From an uncultured Candidatus Saccharibacteria bacterium (GTDB taxonomy: Bacteria > Patescibacteriota > Minisyncoccia > Phycocordibacterales > JAKFXT01), in assembly GCA_964541455.1 (NCBI GenBank), contig CAZIPS010000002.1, positions 6,326 to 70,325 of the forward strand: a stretch of 64,000 bases of DNA. The letters run 5' to 3'. The position numbers and the translations under genes are program-made. The notes below the pieces were generated by a model. The model did no database searches, was not told the DNA's origin, and saw only the letters and a list, made by a program, of their open reading frames with translations. Of the stretch, positions 9,406 to 18,279 are shown piece after piece. Position 1 is the stretch's first letter. The number at the start of each line of letters is the position of its first letter.

Positions 9406-9434
9406 ACCCCCGCCTTAGGCGGGGGTCGTCTTTT
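9406..9434 (+). terminator. Terminator of islet 2
   Basis: ACCCCCGCC-tta-GGCGGGGGT followed by cgtcTTTT. Confidence 0.75.
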
Positions 9435-9464
9435 GTGGGAACCTCTAATGGTATACTTTTCTTC

Positions 9465-9983
9465 ATGGCATATACAAAAAAGGTAGCAAAGAAGGGGCTA
9501 AAAGCTACAGGATATTGGCTCATGAAATCAGAGCCACATGAATACTCGTTTGAAGATTTAGAAAAGAGTAAAAACGGGGGGAGGTGGGATGGGGTACGGA
9601 ACTATCAGGCACGGAATTTCCTTCGGGATATGAAAATTGGCGATAAAGTCCTTTTTTACTACTCAAGCATAAAAATGCCCTTGATTGTGGGCACCGCCCT
9701 CATAAAAGGAGCTCCATACCCAGACCCCACACAGTTTGATAAAAAGAGCCCATATTATGACCCAAAAGCCACTAAGGAGCGTTTTATATGGGTTTCTAGG
9801 GATTTGGTACCTGTGGATAACTTTTTAAGCGCTAAGGAGGGTAGGGGAGTAACCCTTTCTGAACTCCGGACAAATAAGAAGCTTTCCGCTTTGAGGCTCC
9901 TAGCTCCTGGGAACCGGCTTTCGGTGATGCCGGTAAGCAAAGCCCACTATGAGGAGGTTTTGAGAATGGCCAAGGGCAAATAG
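9465..9983 (+). CDS. EVE domain protein
   Basis: YWLMKSEP, WDGVRNYQARNFLRDMKIGDKVLFYYS, YYDPKA, RLSVMPV; ATG 9465 lies 7 nt after TATACT. Confidence 0.95.
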   Translation: MAYTKKVAKKGLKATGYWLMKSEPHEYSFEDLEKSKNGGRWDGVRNYQARNFLRDMKIGDKVLFYYSSIKMPLIVGTALIKGAPYPDPTQFDKKSPYYDPKATKERFIWVSRDLVPVDNFLSAKEGRGVTLSELRTNKKLSALRLLAPGNRLSVMPVSKAHYEEVLRMAKGK

Positions 9984-10142
9984 CCCCCCCTCTTTTAGTT
10001 CGAACTCCTATCCAATAGTGGCCTTTAGGTGGATCGACTTGCCATATTTTTGATACTCCAGCTTAGTAAAAAAACGTGAAACCATGGCTCTATAGAGCCA
10101 TTTTATATCTATTGACACCCCCCTAAAATCCTTGTCTAACCA

Positions 10143-10171
10143 TTGACAAAATAAAGCAAAGGTGATACAAT
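10143..10171 (+). promoter_or_regulatory. Near-consensus sigma70 promoter
   Basis: TTGACA-17 bp-TACAAT with extended TG. Confidence 0.85.
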
Positions 10172-10264
10172 AATAACAAATCAGAGTATACCTCTGGTTT
10201 TTCCGTTAAGGGCTGAACAACAGCAGTTATGGAAAAAGCTTAAGTCTTGAGGGCCTAGTGCCGC

Positions 10265-10825
10265 ATCCTTGAGTACTCTTCTCGGAAATTACGAGCTAAT
10301 CATTGGCTTATTTTAGGAATAGCAACAGGAATCCTTCTTTTTATCTCAAATACTACCAACAACAGCGCCGAGGCTGCACTACAACCAGTAGTTGCTACAA
10401 CCTCAGCTAAGGTGGTAAACAAGGATAAAACCCCAGTACGTTTACAAAAAAGCAAAACAGAAGTAGTGACAACTGCTAGTAGCACAGAAGAAACAGTTCG
10501 TGCTTACTTTGAGGATATTCCTCAACTTATAGAGGTTGCTCGCTGTGAGTCCCGTTTTCGCCAAACCGATAAAGATGGAAGCATCTTCCGTGGTGAAATG
10601 AATAACAAGGACGTGGGGGTGATGCAGATCAATGAGTTCTATCACGCCGACACTGCTAAAAAACTTGGGTTTGATATCTATACGCTTTCAGGAAATATGG
10701 CCTATGCTCGTTATATCTACGAGAAACAAGGTATAGCTCCGTGGAGCTCATCATTCCCATGTTGGAATAAAAAAGTTTCGCAAATCGAAGCTTTAGGAAA
10801 CGTAGAGCTTGCGCTCAACAAATAA
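10265..10825 (+). CDS. Exported lysozyme-like/lytic transglycosylase protein (start uncertain)
   Basis: VARCESRF catalytic Glu motif, GVMQIN, GNMAYA..Y, G..PW; the frame is open from 10259 and includes a hydrophobic segment upstream of the first GTG (10412). Confidence 0.75.
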   Translation: MLEYSSRKLRANHWLILGIATGILLFISNTTNNSAEAALQPVVATTSAKVVNKDKTPVRLQKSKTEVVTTASSTEETVRAYFEDIPQLIEVARCESRFRQTDKDGSIFRGEMNNKDVGVMQINEFYHADTAKKLGFDIYTLSGNMAYARYIYEKQGIAPWSSSFPCWNKKVSQIEALGNVELALNK

Positions 10826-10828
10826 CAT

Positions 10829-10866
10829 AAAACAAAACCGCTAGAAAATTCTAGCGGTTTTGTTTT
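10829..10866 (+). terminator. Intrinsic terminator
   Basis: AAAACAAAACCGCTAGAA-aa-TTCTAGCGGTTTTGTTTT. Confidence 0.85.
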
Positions 10867-10949
10867 TGAGAGAAGAAGGTGCGGAAGAAAGTAGGTGTAT
10901 AGGTAGAGGTGGGGAGTGTCTAATCTTACAAGGAGCTTCCTATGGATAA

Positions 10950-10977
10950 TGTTCGCACAATATATCTTTTGCGAAAA
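10950..10977. other. Candidate dif (Xer recombination) site
   Basis: TGTTCGCACAA-TATATC-TTTTGCGAAAA: 11-6-11 imperfect inverted repeat whose left arm resembles XerC arms (E. coli GGTGCGCATAA). Confidence 0.55.
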
Positions 10978-11218
10978 TAGCACAGAGGGTGGAAGGCGCT
11001 GTTTGAGTTATCCACTTCCCCCTCGATTGGAATTTTTTTGGTTGAAGTTGGCTGTTTGTTTGGCTTGTAATTATTTATTTAGTGGTACATAGGTACCACT
11101 TCCCCAGACTTTGAGCCAAAAGTTTTAAGCGCTTTCGATCAGCTGTTAATATTAAAAATGAGTACTTTTATTTTTCCCAAAAACAGGGGAGTCTCTCCCC
11201 TACTCCTTTGTAAAGTAT

Positions 11219-11247
11219 AAAAAACAGGCAAGCCATTCGGCTTGCCT
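11219..11247 (-). terminator. Terminator of islet 3
   Basis: Minus strand AGGCAAGCC-gaat-GGCTTGCCT-gTTTTTT. Confidence 0.8.
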
Positions 11248-11269
11248 TGGTGTGCAGTGTGGCGCGCGT

Positions 11270-11647
11270 TCACCTTCTTGTGCGCGTGGAGCCGTACTCC
11301 ATGGTGTCTTTGAGTAGGTTCCAAAGCAGCTCTTCCGCCCTTTCCATTTCTGGAAGCGTCGGGGAATCGGCGAGAGCGGCACGGAGCGTCCTAATGAGTG
11401 CCATGATGATCTCACTTCTTTCGTTTAACGTGGCGTTCCTAGGGATCTTCCCTACACGCTCCAGTTGTTCCTCGAAGACTGCGAGGGAATCACTTTCACC
11501 ACGCAGAATGATTGAATACATGACGATAAGTCTGCGTGCGTCTCGGTTGTCAGCGGGGACAGTTGTGTGGCCATCCTTTTTCCGGTGTAGCCTGAAAAGG
11601 GCTCCGGTGATGGTCTTGGCATGCTCTATGGTCATGCTCATGGACAT
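11270..11647 (-). CDS. Orphan hypothetical protein, 125 aa (islet 3)
   Basis: SD AGGAG 6 nt before ATG, TGtTATAAA extended -10 (hexamer 11680-11685), own terminator, GC-richer than flanks. Confidence 0.7.
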   Translation of the reverse strand: MSMSMTIEHAKTITGALFRLHRKKDGHTTVPADNRDARRLIVMYSIILRGESDSLAVFEEQLERVGKIPRNATLNERSEIIMALIRTLRAALADSPTLPEMERAEELLWNLLKDTMEYGSTRTRR

Positions 11648-11711
11648 AACGAACTCCTACAGTAAAGTGGGCTGCAGCTTTTATAACACAAAATAAAGGA
11701 AAATGAAGGGG

Positions 11712-12035
11712 CTAGTTTTCTGGAATCTTTATAGTTGGGGGATCGATCGAAGTGGAACGGCCAGCTTTTATATCTTTGAGTGCTTGAATAAAAGGTGTCC
11801 AGATAAGGTCAATAAACACATCATTGTAAAGATAGACTGAAGGCTTTTTAAGGTAATGATCCCAAAGGTTAACTGTAAGCTCTTTAACGTAGCCGAAGTT
11901 GCTCTGACCAGTTGGTGAATCGACAATGCCTTTAAGGTTAATACCGAAGTAGCTAATCGAAAGCAGTGCAATAATTAAAAAAACCAAAAGACCAATTATT
12001 CCTTGGTTTTTGCGCGGAGTTGATACACTTTTCAT
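11712..12035 (-). CDS. Small membrane-anchored hypothetical protein
   Basis: Basic N-terminus RKNQG followed by a hydrophobic helix; TAAAAT 6 nt before ATG. Confidence 0.75.
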   Translation of the reverse strand: MKSVSTPRKNQGIIGLLVFLIIALLSISYFGINLKGIVDSPTGQSNFGYVKELTVNLWDHYLKKPSVYLYNDVFIDLIWTPFIQALKDIKAGRSTSIDPPTIKIPEN

Positions 12036-12092
12036 ATTTGTATTTTATAGTAAAGCGCGACGCTTACCAAGACACTTCTCCACTAAATTGGG

Positions 12093-13412
12093 TTACAGAT
12101 AAAGCATGGGGTTAATGTATGCCTTGTAGTCGGCGACAGGTACTGTATATGTGCCCGCGCATACTTTACTTTTTAGGTTCACTACACGTACTCCTTGAGA
12201 AGCAAAAACACCAAAGTGTAAATGTGGTCCTGTAACATAGCCTGTCGCGCCTGAATAGCCGATAAGATCCCCAGTAGTTACTTGTTGGCCAGCAGTTGCC
12301 TTTATAAGTGAAAGGTGTGCATACACAGTTGAGAGTCCATTGTTGTGTTTTATAAATACCCATTTCCCGTACGAAGCTCCTGGGCACACAGTGTCAGTGT
12401 TTCCAGTGTCTACAACAGTGCCTGAAAGTGCAGCGTATACTGGGGTGCCAATTGAAGCTTTAAGGTCAATACCATTATGACCTTTCCCACTATAGGCTCC
12501 GGCATGTGCGCGGGCAAATTCAGTATCTCCAAAAAGTTGGGTAGTAACAAATTCACTTAAAGGTGAGTTTAGTATTTTTGAATTTGGAGCTGGGTAACTT
12601 GTTGGGTCAATAGCAAGCTTGAGCTGTGATTCATAATCGTCAAGTTCTTTTTGCAGAGCAAGTCGGCGTGATTCACTCGCCGCTACCATTTTCTTGTAGT
12701 TGGCTTCAGTATTTTTGGTTTGTTTCAAGAGCTCGTTAGTTTGTGCCTTGTTGGCTTCAACGATTTTCTTCTGATCGTTTAACTGTGCCCGCAAATAGAT
12801 AAGTTCTTTTTTCTTACTTTCAGTGTTTGCTTTGGTCGTAGTAAGATCTGCTTTTGCAGAAGCTAGGGTTTCAATTTGGGTTTTGATACCCCCCTGTAAT
12901 TCTGCTAACTGGTTTTCAGTATTCCACGCTTCCCCTACGTTTTTTTTGCGCAGCAAAATTTCTACAAAAGGACTTGTATCTCCTTCTTGTAGTCGAGTAA
13001 GTGATGCTTTAAGTCCGTCTCGCTGCACGGTGATAGCTTCTTCTTTGTTTAAAATTTCACCAGAAAGACTTTCAATTACAAGGGAGGCTGCGTCTATCTT
13101 GTTTTGCGTGAGGGCAACGTCCGAAGAAAGTTTCTTACGGGTTAACTCTAATACAGAAAGTGCACTCTGGAGGGTCTTGCCTTGAGTATTAGCTTTCTGC
13201 ATTTCAATTTGATACGTTTTTATGTCACGCTCAAGTTGAGCAATGTCTCTGTTTTTTGCATCAATCTTTGCACGCAAGTCATCAGCTGCCGTACTTGCTG
13301 GAGCGGTGTCACTTGTACTTTGTGCTAGGAGATATAGCGGGGTGAGAAAAAAAAGAAGCGCTACTGTGATAGGTGTAAGATGAGAAATTGTTTTTAGCGA
13401 AAAAAAACGCAT
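12093..13412 (-). CDS. Coiled-coil M23 metallopeptidase (EnvC/murein hydrolase type)
   Basis: Signal peptide, long coiled coil, HNGID, YAHLS, TGPHLHF. Confidence 0.92.
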   Translation of the reverse strand: MRFFSLKTISHLTPITVALLFFLTPLYLLAQSTSDTAPASTAADDLRAKIDAKNRDIAQLERDIKTYQIEMQKANTQGKTLQSALSVLELTRKKLSSDVALTQNKIDAASLVIESLSGEILNKEEAITVQRDGLKASLTRLQEGDTSPFVEILLRKKNVGEAWNTENQLAELQGGIKTQIETLASAKADLTTTKANTESKKKELIYLRAQLNDQKKIVEANKAQTNELLKQTKNTEANYKKMVAASESRRLALQKELDDYESQLKLAIDPTSYPAPNSKILNSPLSEFVTTQLFGDTEFARAHAGAYSGKGHNGIDLKASIGTPVYAALSGTVVDTGNTDTVCPGASYGKWVFIKHNNGLSTVYAHLSLIKATAGQQVTTGDLIGYSGATGYVTGPHLHFGVFASQGVRVVNLKSKVCAGTYTVPVADYKAYINPMLYL

Positions 13413-13425
13413 AGAAACAATGTGA

Positions 13426-14832
13426 TTATGCTTTCGGACTAATAAGTGAGAGCGTACTTTTAATGCGAGTTAACGTTTCTTGTTTTCCTAAAATTTCACT
13501 TAAGGTGAACGGATCAGGAGACTTGTCGCGTCCTGAAAGGAGGAAACGTAGCGGCCAGAGCACCTCGGCCCGTCCAACTTCTGTTGCATAGTCCCAAAGA
13601 GCACCTTTAACAGCTTCTTTATTCCATGAAGTTTCTGAAAGTGGATCAAGAAGCACAATTACTTTTTGCAAATGTGTTGCGACAGTATCAAGTGTTATGG
13701 ACTCCCCCTTTTTTGCTTTTGGAATAAGCGCTTCAAGGGTAAAGGTGGGGGTCGCAAAAAAGTATGTAAAGTCACCACTTTCTGCAAGCTCGGCAACATC
13801 TTTTAGTGTGCTAATGCGTTCTTTGATATCAGAAAGTGCCTTGGTGAGGCGCTCATCACTCCATTGCGGGAGTGCTTTGAATTGCTCTGGAAGGAAAGAA
13901 AGGACCTGCTTTTTAAATTCTTGATCAGGCATTCTTTTGATATGTTCACGGTTGAACCAGAGAAGTTTTTCGAGGTCAAAAATAGCTCCTGATTTTTGAA
14001 TACGTTCAAGCGAGAAGGCTTCAATAAGTTCTTCGCGCGTAAAAATTTCTTGGGTAGTGCCGGGGTTCCACCCAAGAAGGGCAAGATAGTTAATAAAGGC
14101 ATCAGGCAATATTCCCATATTCTTATATTCTGAAACGGGGATAGAGCCATTACGCTTACTTAACTTAGAGCGGTCAGCGCCTAGGATAAAGGGGAAATGG
14201 CAGTAAGTGGGACGAGGAGCACCGAGCGCTTCTTGAATTAAAATTTGACGAGGAGTGTTGTAGATACCGTCTTCCCCGCGGATAATGTGTGTGATCCCCA
14301 TTTCAAAATCATCTATAACAACAGCAAGATGGTAGAGTGGCTCCTCGATGGTGCGTGCAATAACGAAGTCACCAAGTTCGGTCGTGTCGACACTAATGTC
14401 ACCACGAAGAAGGTCAGTAAAGGTAATTACTTTGTTAGGGTTTTTAAAGCGGATAACTCTTTTCTCGTTACTGACTACCTTTACCTCATCGTCATCTTCC
14501 TCCTCACTTCCCTCTCGTGCATTGATGACCGTGCTTTCTTCTGAGAAATAAGCTTTTCCTTCCGCAATGAGTTTTCCGATGTGTTTTTGATAAATAAGCG
14601 TGCGCTCAGATTGATGGTGTACTTCATTAAAGGTAAGTCCTAGCCACTCAAGCGTTTCAAAAATATTCTGCTCGTATTCTTTTTTTGAACGCGCCCTATC
14701 AGTGTCTTCCCAGCGAAGAATTACCTTCCCGTTATGTTTCTTGGCAAAAAGATAGTTGAGGAGTGCAGTTTTAGCGGTTCCTACATGTATGAGGCCGGTG
14801 GGGCTTGGAGGAAAACGTGTGATGATATTCAT
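13426..14832 (-). CDS. gltX: Glutamate--tRNA ligase
   Basis: TRFPPSPTGLIHVG, LRWEDTD, ITHIIRGED, KLSKR. Confidence 0.96.
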   Translation of the reverse strand: MNIITRFPPSPTGLIHVGTAKTALLNYLFAKKHNGKVILRWEDTDRARSKKEYEQNIFETLEWLGLTFNEVHHQSERTLIYQKHIGKLIAEGKAYFSEESTVINAREGSEEEDDDEVKVVSNEKRVIRFKNPNKVITFTDLLRGDISVDTTELGDFVIARTIEEPLYHLAVVIDDFEMGITHIIRGEDGIYNTPRQILIQEALGAPRPTYCHFPFILGADRSKLSKRNGSIPVSEYKNMGILPDAFINYLALLGWNPGTTQEIFTREELIEAFSLERIQKSGAIFDLEKLLWFNREHIKRMPDQEFKKQVLSFLPEQFKALPQWSDERLTKALSDIKERISTLKDVAELAESGDFTYFFATPTFTLEALIPKAKKGESITLDTVATHLQKVIVLLDPLSETSWNKEAVKGALWDYATEVGRAEVLWPLRFLLSGRDKSPDPFTLSEILGKQETLTRIKSTLSLISPKA

Positions 14833-14843
14833 AGCGGTAAAGG

Positions 14844-15971
14844 TTATGCTTCGTGTGACTGTCCGATGGCGAAGAGGACTTGGGCTATTTTAAATGCAGC
14901 ATCTCCCTTATGAAATGCTTTTGCTGCCTCGCTCATACTTCTCCGCTTTTCTTCATCTTGCATAAGGCGGTTAACCTCATAGAACAAAAGGTGCGGCGTT
15001 AAGTTTTTCTCTTCAACGGCAAGTGCTGCGTTGCTGCGCGCGTAGGCAAAAGCATTCTTTGTTTGATCATGACTTATTTCTTCTGAAATTGGAATAACGA
15101 TTGCAGGTATGCCCCAAGAAGCTATTTCAAAGAGGGACGAACCAGCGCGACTGATGACAAGACTTGCAACGCCAGCTGCCATGCGAAGCGCCATTTCATT
15201 TAAATAGCTGAACGGCTTGTAGTGAGCGATGTTTGGATTACCCTCAAGCACCACCTCAACCATCCCAGCTACTTCCTTGAAATTCTTTTCGCCGGTTTGG
15301 TGGATGATTTGATACTTTTCAAGTAATTGTGGAAGTGAGTCAATGAGTGCTTCGTTAATTTTTTGTGCACCTTGTGATCCGCCAAGCACTAGGATGGTAG
15401 GAAGTGTGGGATCAAGTTTAAGGAACTCATACGCCCCTTCTTTTATTGGATGCATGATACTTTCTCGAATGGGGAGCCCTGTCCATACCGCCTTCCCTTC
15501 TGGGAAGTAGCTCGCTGCCTCAGGATAGGAGACTGCAATACGATCTGCAAATTTTCCAGCCCAAGCATTCACTCTTCCAGGTTTTGAATCTGATTCATGA
15601 ATAACTACAGGAATACGTAATAGGCGTGCGGCGAGAAGAGCGGGGAAACTTCCGGCTCCCCCTTTGCCAAAGACCACGTCAGGATATATGGCAAATACAG
15701 AGTAAATTGCTTTGATCACTCCAATACCCGTTTTAAAAAGGTCAAAAAAGTTTGCGATTGAAAAGTAGCGACGCAGCTTTCCCACAGGAGCGTATACGTA
15801 GGTAATGTTGTTTTCAAAGAGTACCCGACTGTCGTAAGGAGTTGGACTCATAAAAAAGAGTTCAGGGGGCAGTGTATGCTCCCTTTTTGACATTTCTTGA
15901 ATTTCCTTGGCTACTGCAATAATGGGGTAAAAATGCCCTCCTGTTACGCCGCCTGCGAAAAGTATTTTCAT
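14844..15971 (-). CDS. murG: MurG glycosyltransferase
   Basis: GGVTGGHFYP, IHESD..PG, GGSQGA, SRAG, HDQTKNA. Confidence 0.95.
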   Translation of the reverse strand: MKILFAGGVTGGHFYPIIAVAKEIQEMSKREHTLPPELFFMSPTPYDSRVLFENNITYVYAPVGKLRRYFSIANFFDLFKTGIGVIKAIYSVFAIYPDVVFGKGGAGSFPALLAARLLRIPVVIHESDSKPGRVNAWAGKFADRIAVSYPEAASYFPEGKAVWTGLPIRESIMHPIKEGAYEFLKLDPTLPTILVLGGSQGAQKINEALIDSLPQLLEKYQIIHQTGEKNFKEVAGMVEVVLEGNPNIAHYKPFSYLNEMALRMAAGVASLVISRAGSSLFEIASWGIPAIVIPISEEISHDQTKNAFAYARSNAALAVEEKNLTPHLLFYEVNRLMQDEEKRRSMSEAAKAFHKGDAAFKIAQVLFAIGQSHEA

Positions 15972-16058
15972 AAATAAGAAACTGTAGTTTATAGAAGGGA
16001 GGAATAGAGGGAAAGGAAAAAGGTCTTCCTACAGTTCTCCTAGTATAGCAAAAAAAGC

Positions 16059-17162
16059 CTATTTTTTCTCCCCATATCGGGAAATACTAAGGAGGATACC
16101 TGCCTCGGCCAAGGCGGTGAGAAGGGCTGTCCCCCCTTGGCTTACAAAGATAAGCGGTTTCCCCGTGAGGGGAAAGATTGCAAGCATCGAGGCAATATTT
16201 AGGAGGGATTGGGCCGATATTAGTACAACAATGCCAACACCCAGTAAAATGCCAAAAAGGTCAGGGGCGTGTATTGAAGTACGGATACCACGCAGGGTGA
16301 AGGCTACAAAAAGAAGTATAAGAAGTGAGGCGCCAACAAAGCCGAACTCCTCCCCTGTTACTGCAAAAATGGAGTCCCCTACTGGTTCAGGAAGATATTG
16401 GAATTTTTGTACGCTTTGGCCAAATCCTTTGCCCAAAAGTCCTCCTGAACCAATGGCAATCAAAGATTGGTTAACTTGGTACCCCGCTCCGCGAATATCT
16501 GCTTTTTCAAAACTGATAAATGTCATTATACGTTCCTTTACGTATGGGCGACTCATGATAAGGATTCCTCCGCCTAATATTCCTACGAGTATAATGGTAA
16601 AAATATAACGCCAGGGACATCCTGCCAAAAAGAGCATGATAAAGCCTGCAAGTCCCATAATAAAAAAATCAATAGTATCTGGTTGAAGCAAAAACACGGC
16701 TCCAGTGATTGCTGTAAGGACGATAAATGGGATCACCCCGAACTTAAGGACATGCTTCTCGTGTTTGATAGTTGAAAGCCATGTGGCGAGATAGATAACA
16801 AAGGCAAGTTTTAACAGCTCACCTGGCTGAAAAGAAACAGGACCAAATTCAAGCCATCGTGTGGCTCCGCCGTGTGTGACTCCAAAGTGAGGGATAAAGA
16901 CGAGAGAAGTTAAGATAAGGGCCCCAAAAAAAATATAAAAGGCATATTTACGCCAAACTTTGTAGGAAATAAAAGAAGTGATAAATAGCGCAATGCCTCC
17001 AAGACAGATGCCATACATGAACTGTTTAACAATAACTGCTCCAAATTGTGCGCCCTCTCTTGCTAAGAGTCCCATTGAAGCTGAAGAGAAGATAATGAAC
17101 CCAACAGTAGTCAGGATAATAAGAATGCCAAAAAGTAATTTGTCTGGTGCGTGTGTACGCAT
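16059..17162 (-). CDS. ftsW: SEDS peptidoglycan polymerase FtsW
   Basis: GATRWL, SFQPGELLK, GYQVNQSLIAIGSGG, YLPEPVGDSIFAVTGEEFG; lies between mraY and murG. Confidence 0.92.
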   Translation of the reverse strand: MRTHAPDKLLFGILIILTTVGFIIFSSASMGLLAREGAQFGAVIVKQFMYGICLGGIALFITSFISYKVWRKYAFYIFFGALILTSLVFIPHFGVTHGGATRWLEFGPVSFQPGELLKLAFVIYLATWLSTIKHEKHVLKFGVIPFIVLTAITGAVFLLQPDTIDFFIMGLAGFIMLFLAGCPWRYIFTIILVGILGGGILIMSRPYVKERIMTFISFEKADIRGAGYQVNQSLIAIGSGGLLGKGFGQSVQKFQYLPEPVGDSIFAVTGEEFGFVGASLLILLFVAFTLRGIRTSIHAPDLFGILLGVGIVVLISAQSLLNIASMLAIFPLTGKPLIFVSQGGTALLTALAEAGILLSISRYGEKK

Positions 17163-17175
17163 ATGTATTAGAGCA

Positions 17176-18246
17176 TTAGCCGATTAGGGCAAGGGCCATG
17201 CCAAGCATGGCAAAAACAATACTTACCACCCAAAAACGCATCACTACTTTATAAGGTGGCCACCCAAGCGCCTCAAAATGATGGTGAATTGGTGCAACAA
17301 GGAATACTTTTTTACCTCTAAATTTCTTAGAAGCTACCTGTATAATATCTGAAAGTGTGGTCACAATAAGCGGCATTGCAATAACGGGAAGCACAATAAG
17401 TCCATGTCCTCCTCCTAGGCTATCCGTCATGAAAGCAACAATAGCAAGTGTTGTGGTAAGTCCCATCATGCCAGTTTCTGACATATAAAAGCGGGCTGGA
17501 GGAATATTAAACCAGAGGAATGCCAAAATACCTCCTACCACCACAGCGCAAAAAGCGGCTAAATCGATTTGTTGCTGATAGTAAGCAATACCAGCATAGG
17601 CTGCAAACATTGATGCAAAGATGCCTCCTGAGAGCCCATCAATGCCGTCAATAACGCCTCCTGAATAAATACCAAGCACTACAAGGACAAAAAGTGGGAT
17701 GAAATAGATGCCGATAAACCATGTTCCAATAACAGGAAGCCCAATGGTCGAAATATCCAATTTAAAATAAAACCAAAGGGCACAAAGTAAGCCAATAGTT
17801 CCCACAATGAGTAACCGTTTTTTAAGCGAAAGCCCTCCTGCAATATGTCCTCCCCCGCCTTTTACCTCTAAGTAGTCATCGATAAGTCCAAAGAGAGATC
17901 CTAATATAAGCACGGAAAGTGGGATCCAAGTTTGGTTACGGCTTAGAAAGTCTAGTTTACTAAAAGTATCTCCTCCTACGGTATGGGAAAGTAATGAAAG
18001 TAAAAGGGCGGTTAACCCAACTGATGCCCACACCACTACCCCACCCATCTTAGGGGTTCCAACCTCTTTGTGTTTATGGAGTTCATTAAAAATGGGCGTG
18101 GCGTTTCCAGCAAAATCTAATTTGCCTGCTTTCTTTTTCCACATTTCATGTTTGTAAAGGTAGTTGGTGATAAAAGGAGTAATGGAAACCCCAACGATGA
18201 AGGCAAGGGTGAACGGAAGGAAAAGTTTTACGATGTCTATTATCAT
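17176..18246 (-). CDS. mraY: Phospho-MurNAc-pentapeptide transferase
   Basis: GTPKMGG, GLIDD, DGIDGL, FLWFN.PPARFYM, APIHHHFE. Confidence 0.95.
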   Translation of the reverse strand: MIIDIVKLFLPFTLAFIVGVSITPFITNYLYKHEMWKKKAGKLDFAGNATPIFNELHKHKEVGTPKMGGVVVWASVGLTALLLSLLSHTVGGDTFSKLDFLSRNQTWIPLSVLILGSLFGLIDDYLEVKGGGGHIAGGLSLKKRLLIVGTIGLLCALWFYFKLDISTIGLPVIGTWFIGIYFIPLFVLVVLGIYSGGVIDGIDGLSGGIFASMFAAYAGIAYYQQQIDLAAFCAVVVGGILAFLWFNIPPARFYMSETGMMGLTTTLAIVAFMTDSLGGGHGLIVLPVIAMPLIVTTLSDIIQVASKKFRGKKVFLVAPIHHHFEALGWPPYKVVMRFWVVSIVFAMLGMALALIG

Positions 18247-18279
18247 ATTTTTAGTATAGCACGTGTGTGAGGACCCTTT

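Noticed and set aside
8910-11016. DnaA-box-like 9-mers (8910, 9812, 10941, 11008) as oriC
   Set aside because: They are scattered over 2 kb, the only perfect box is inside the EVE gene, there is no dnaA/dnaN nearby, and gene orientation converges rather than diverges here.
11247-11696. 149-aa plus-strand ORF
   Set aside because: Antisense shadow of islet 3, whose SD and terminator are on the minus strand.
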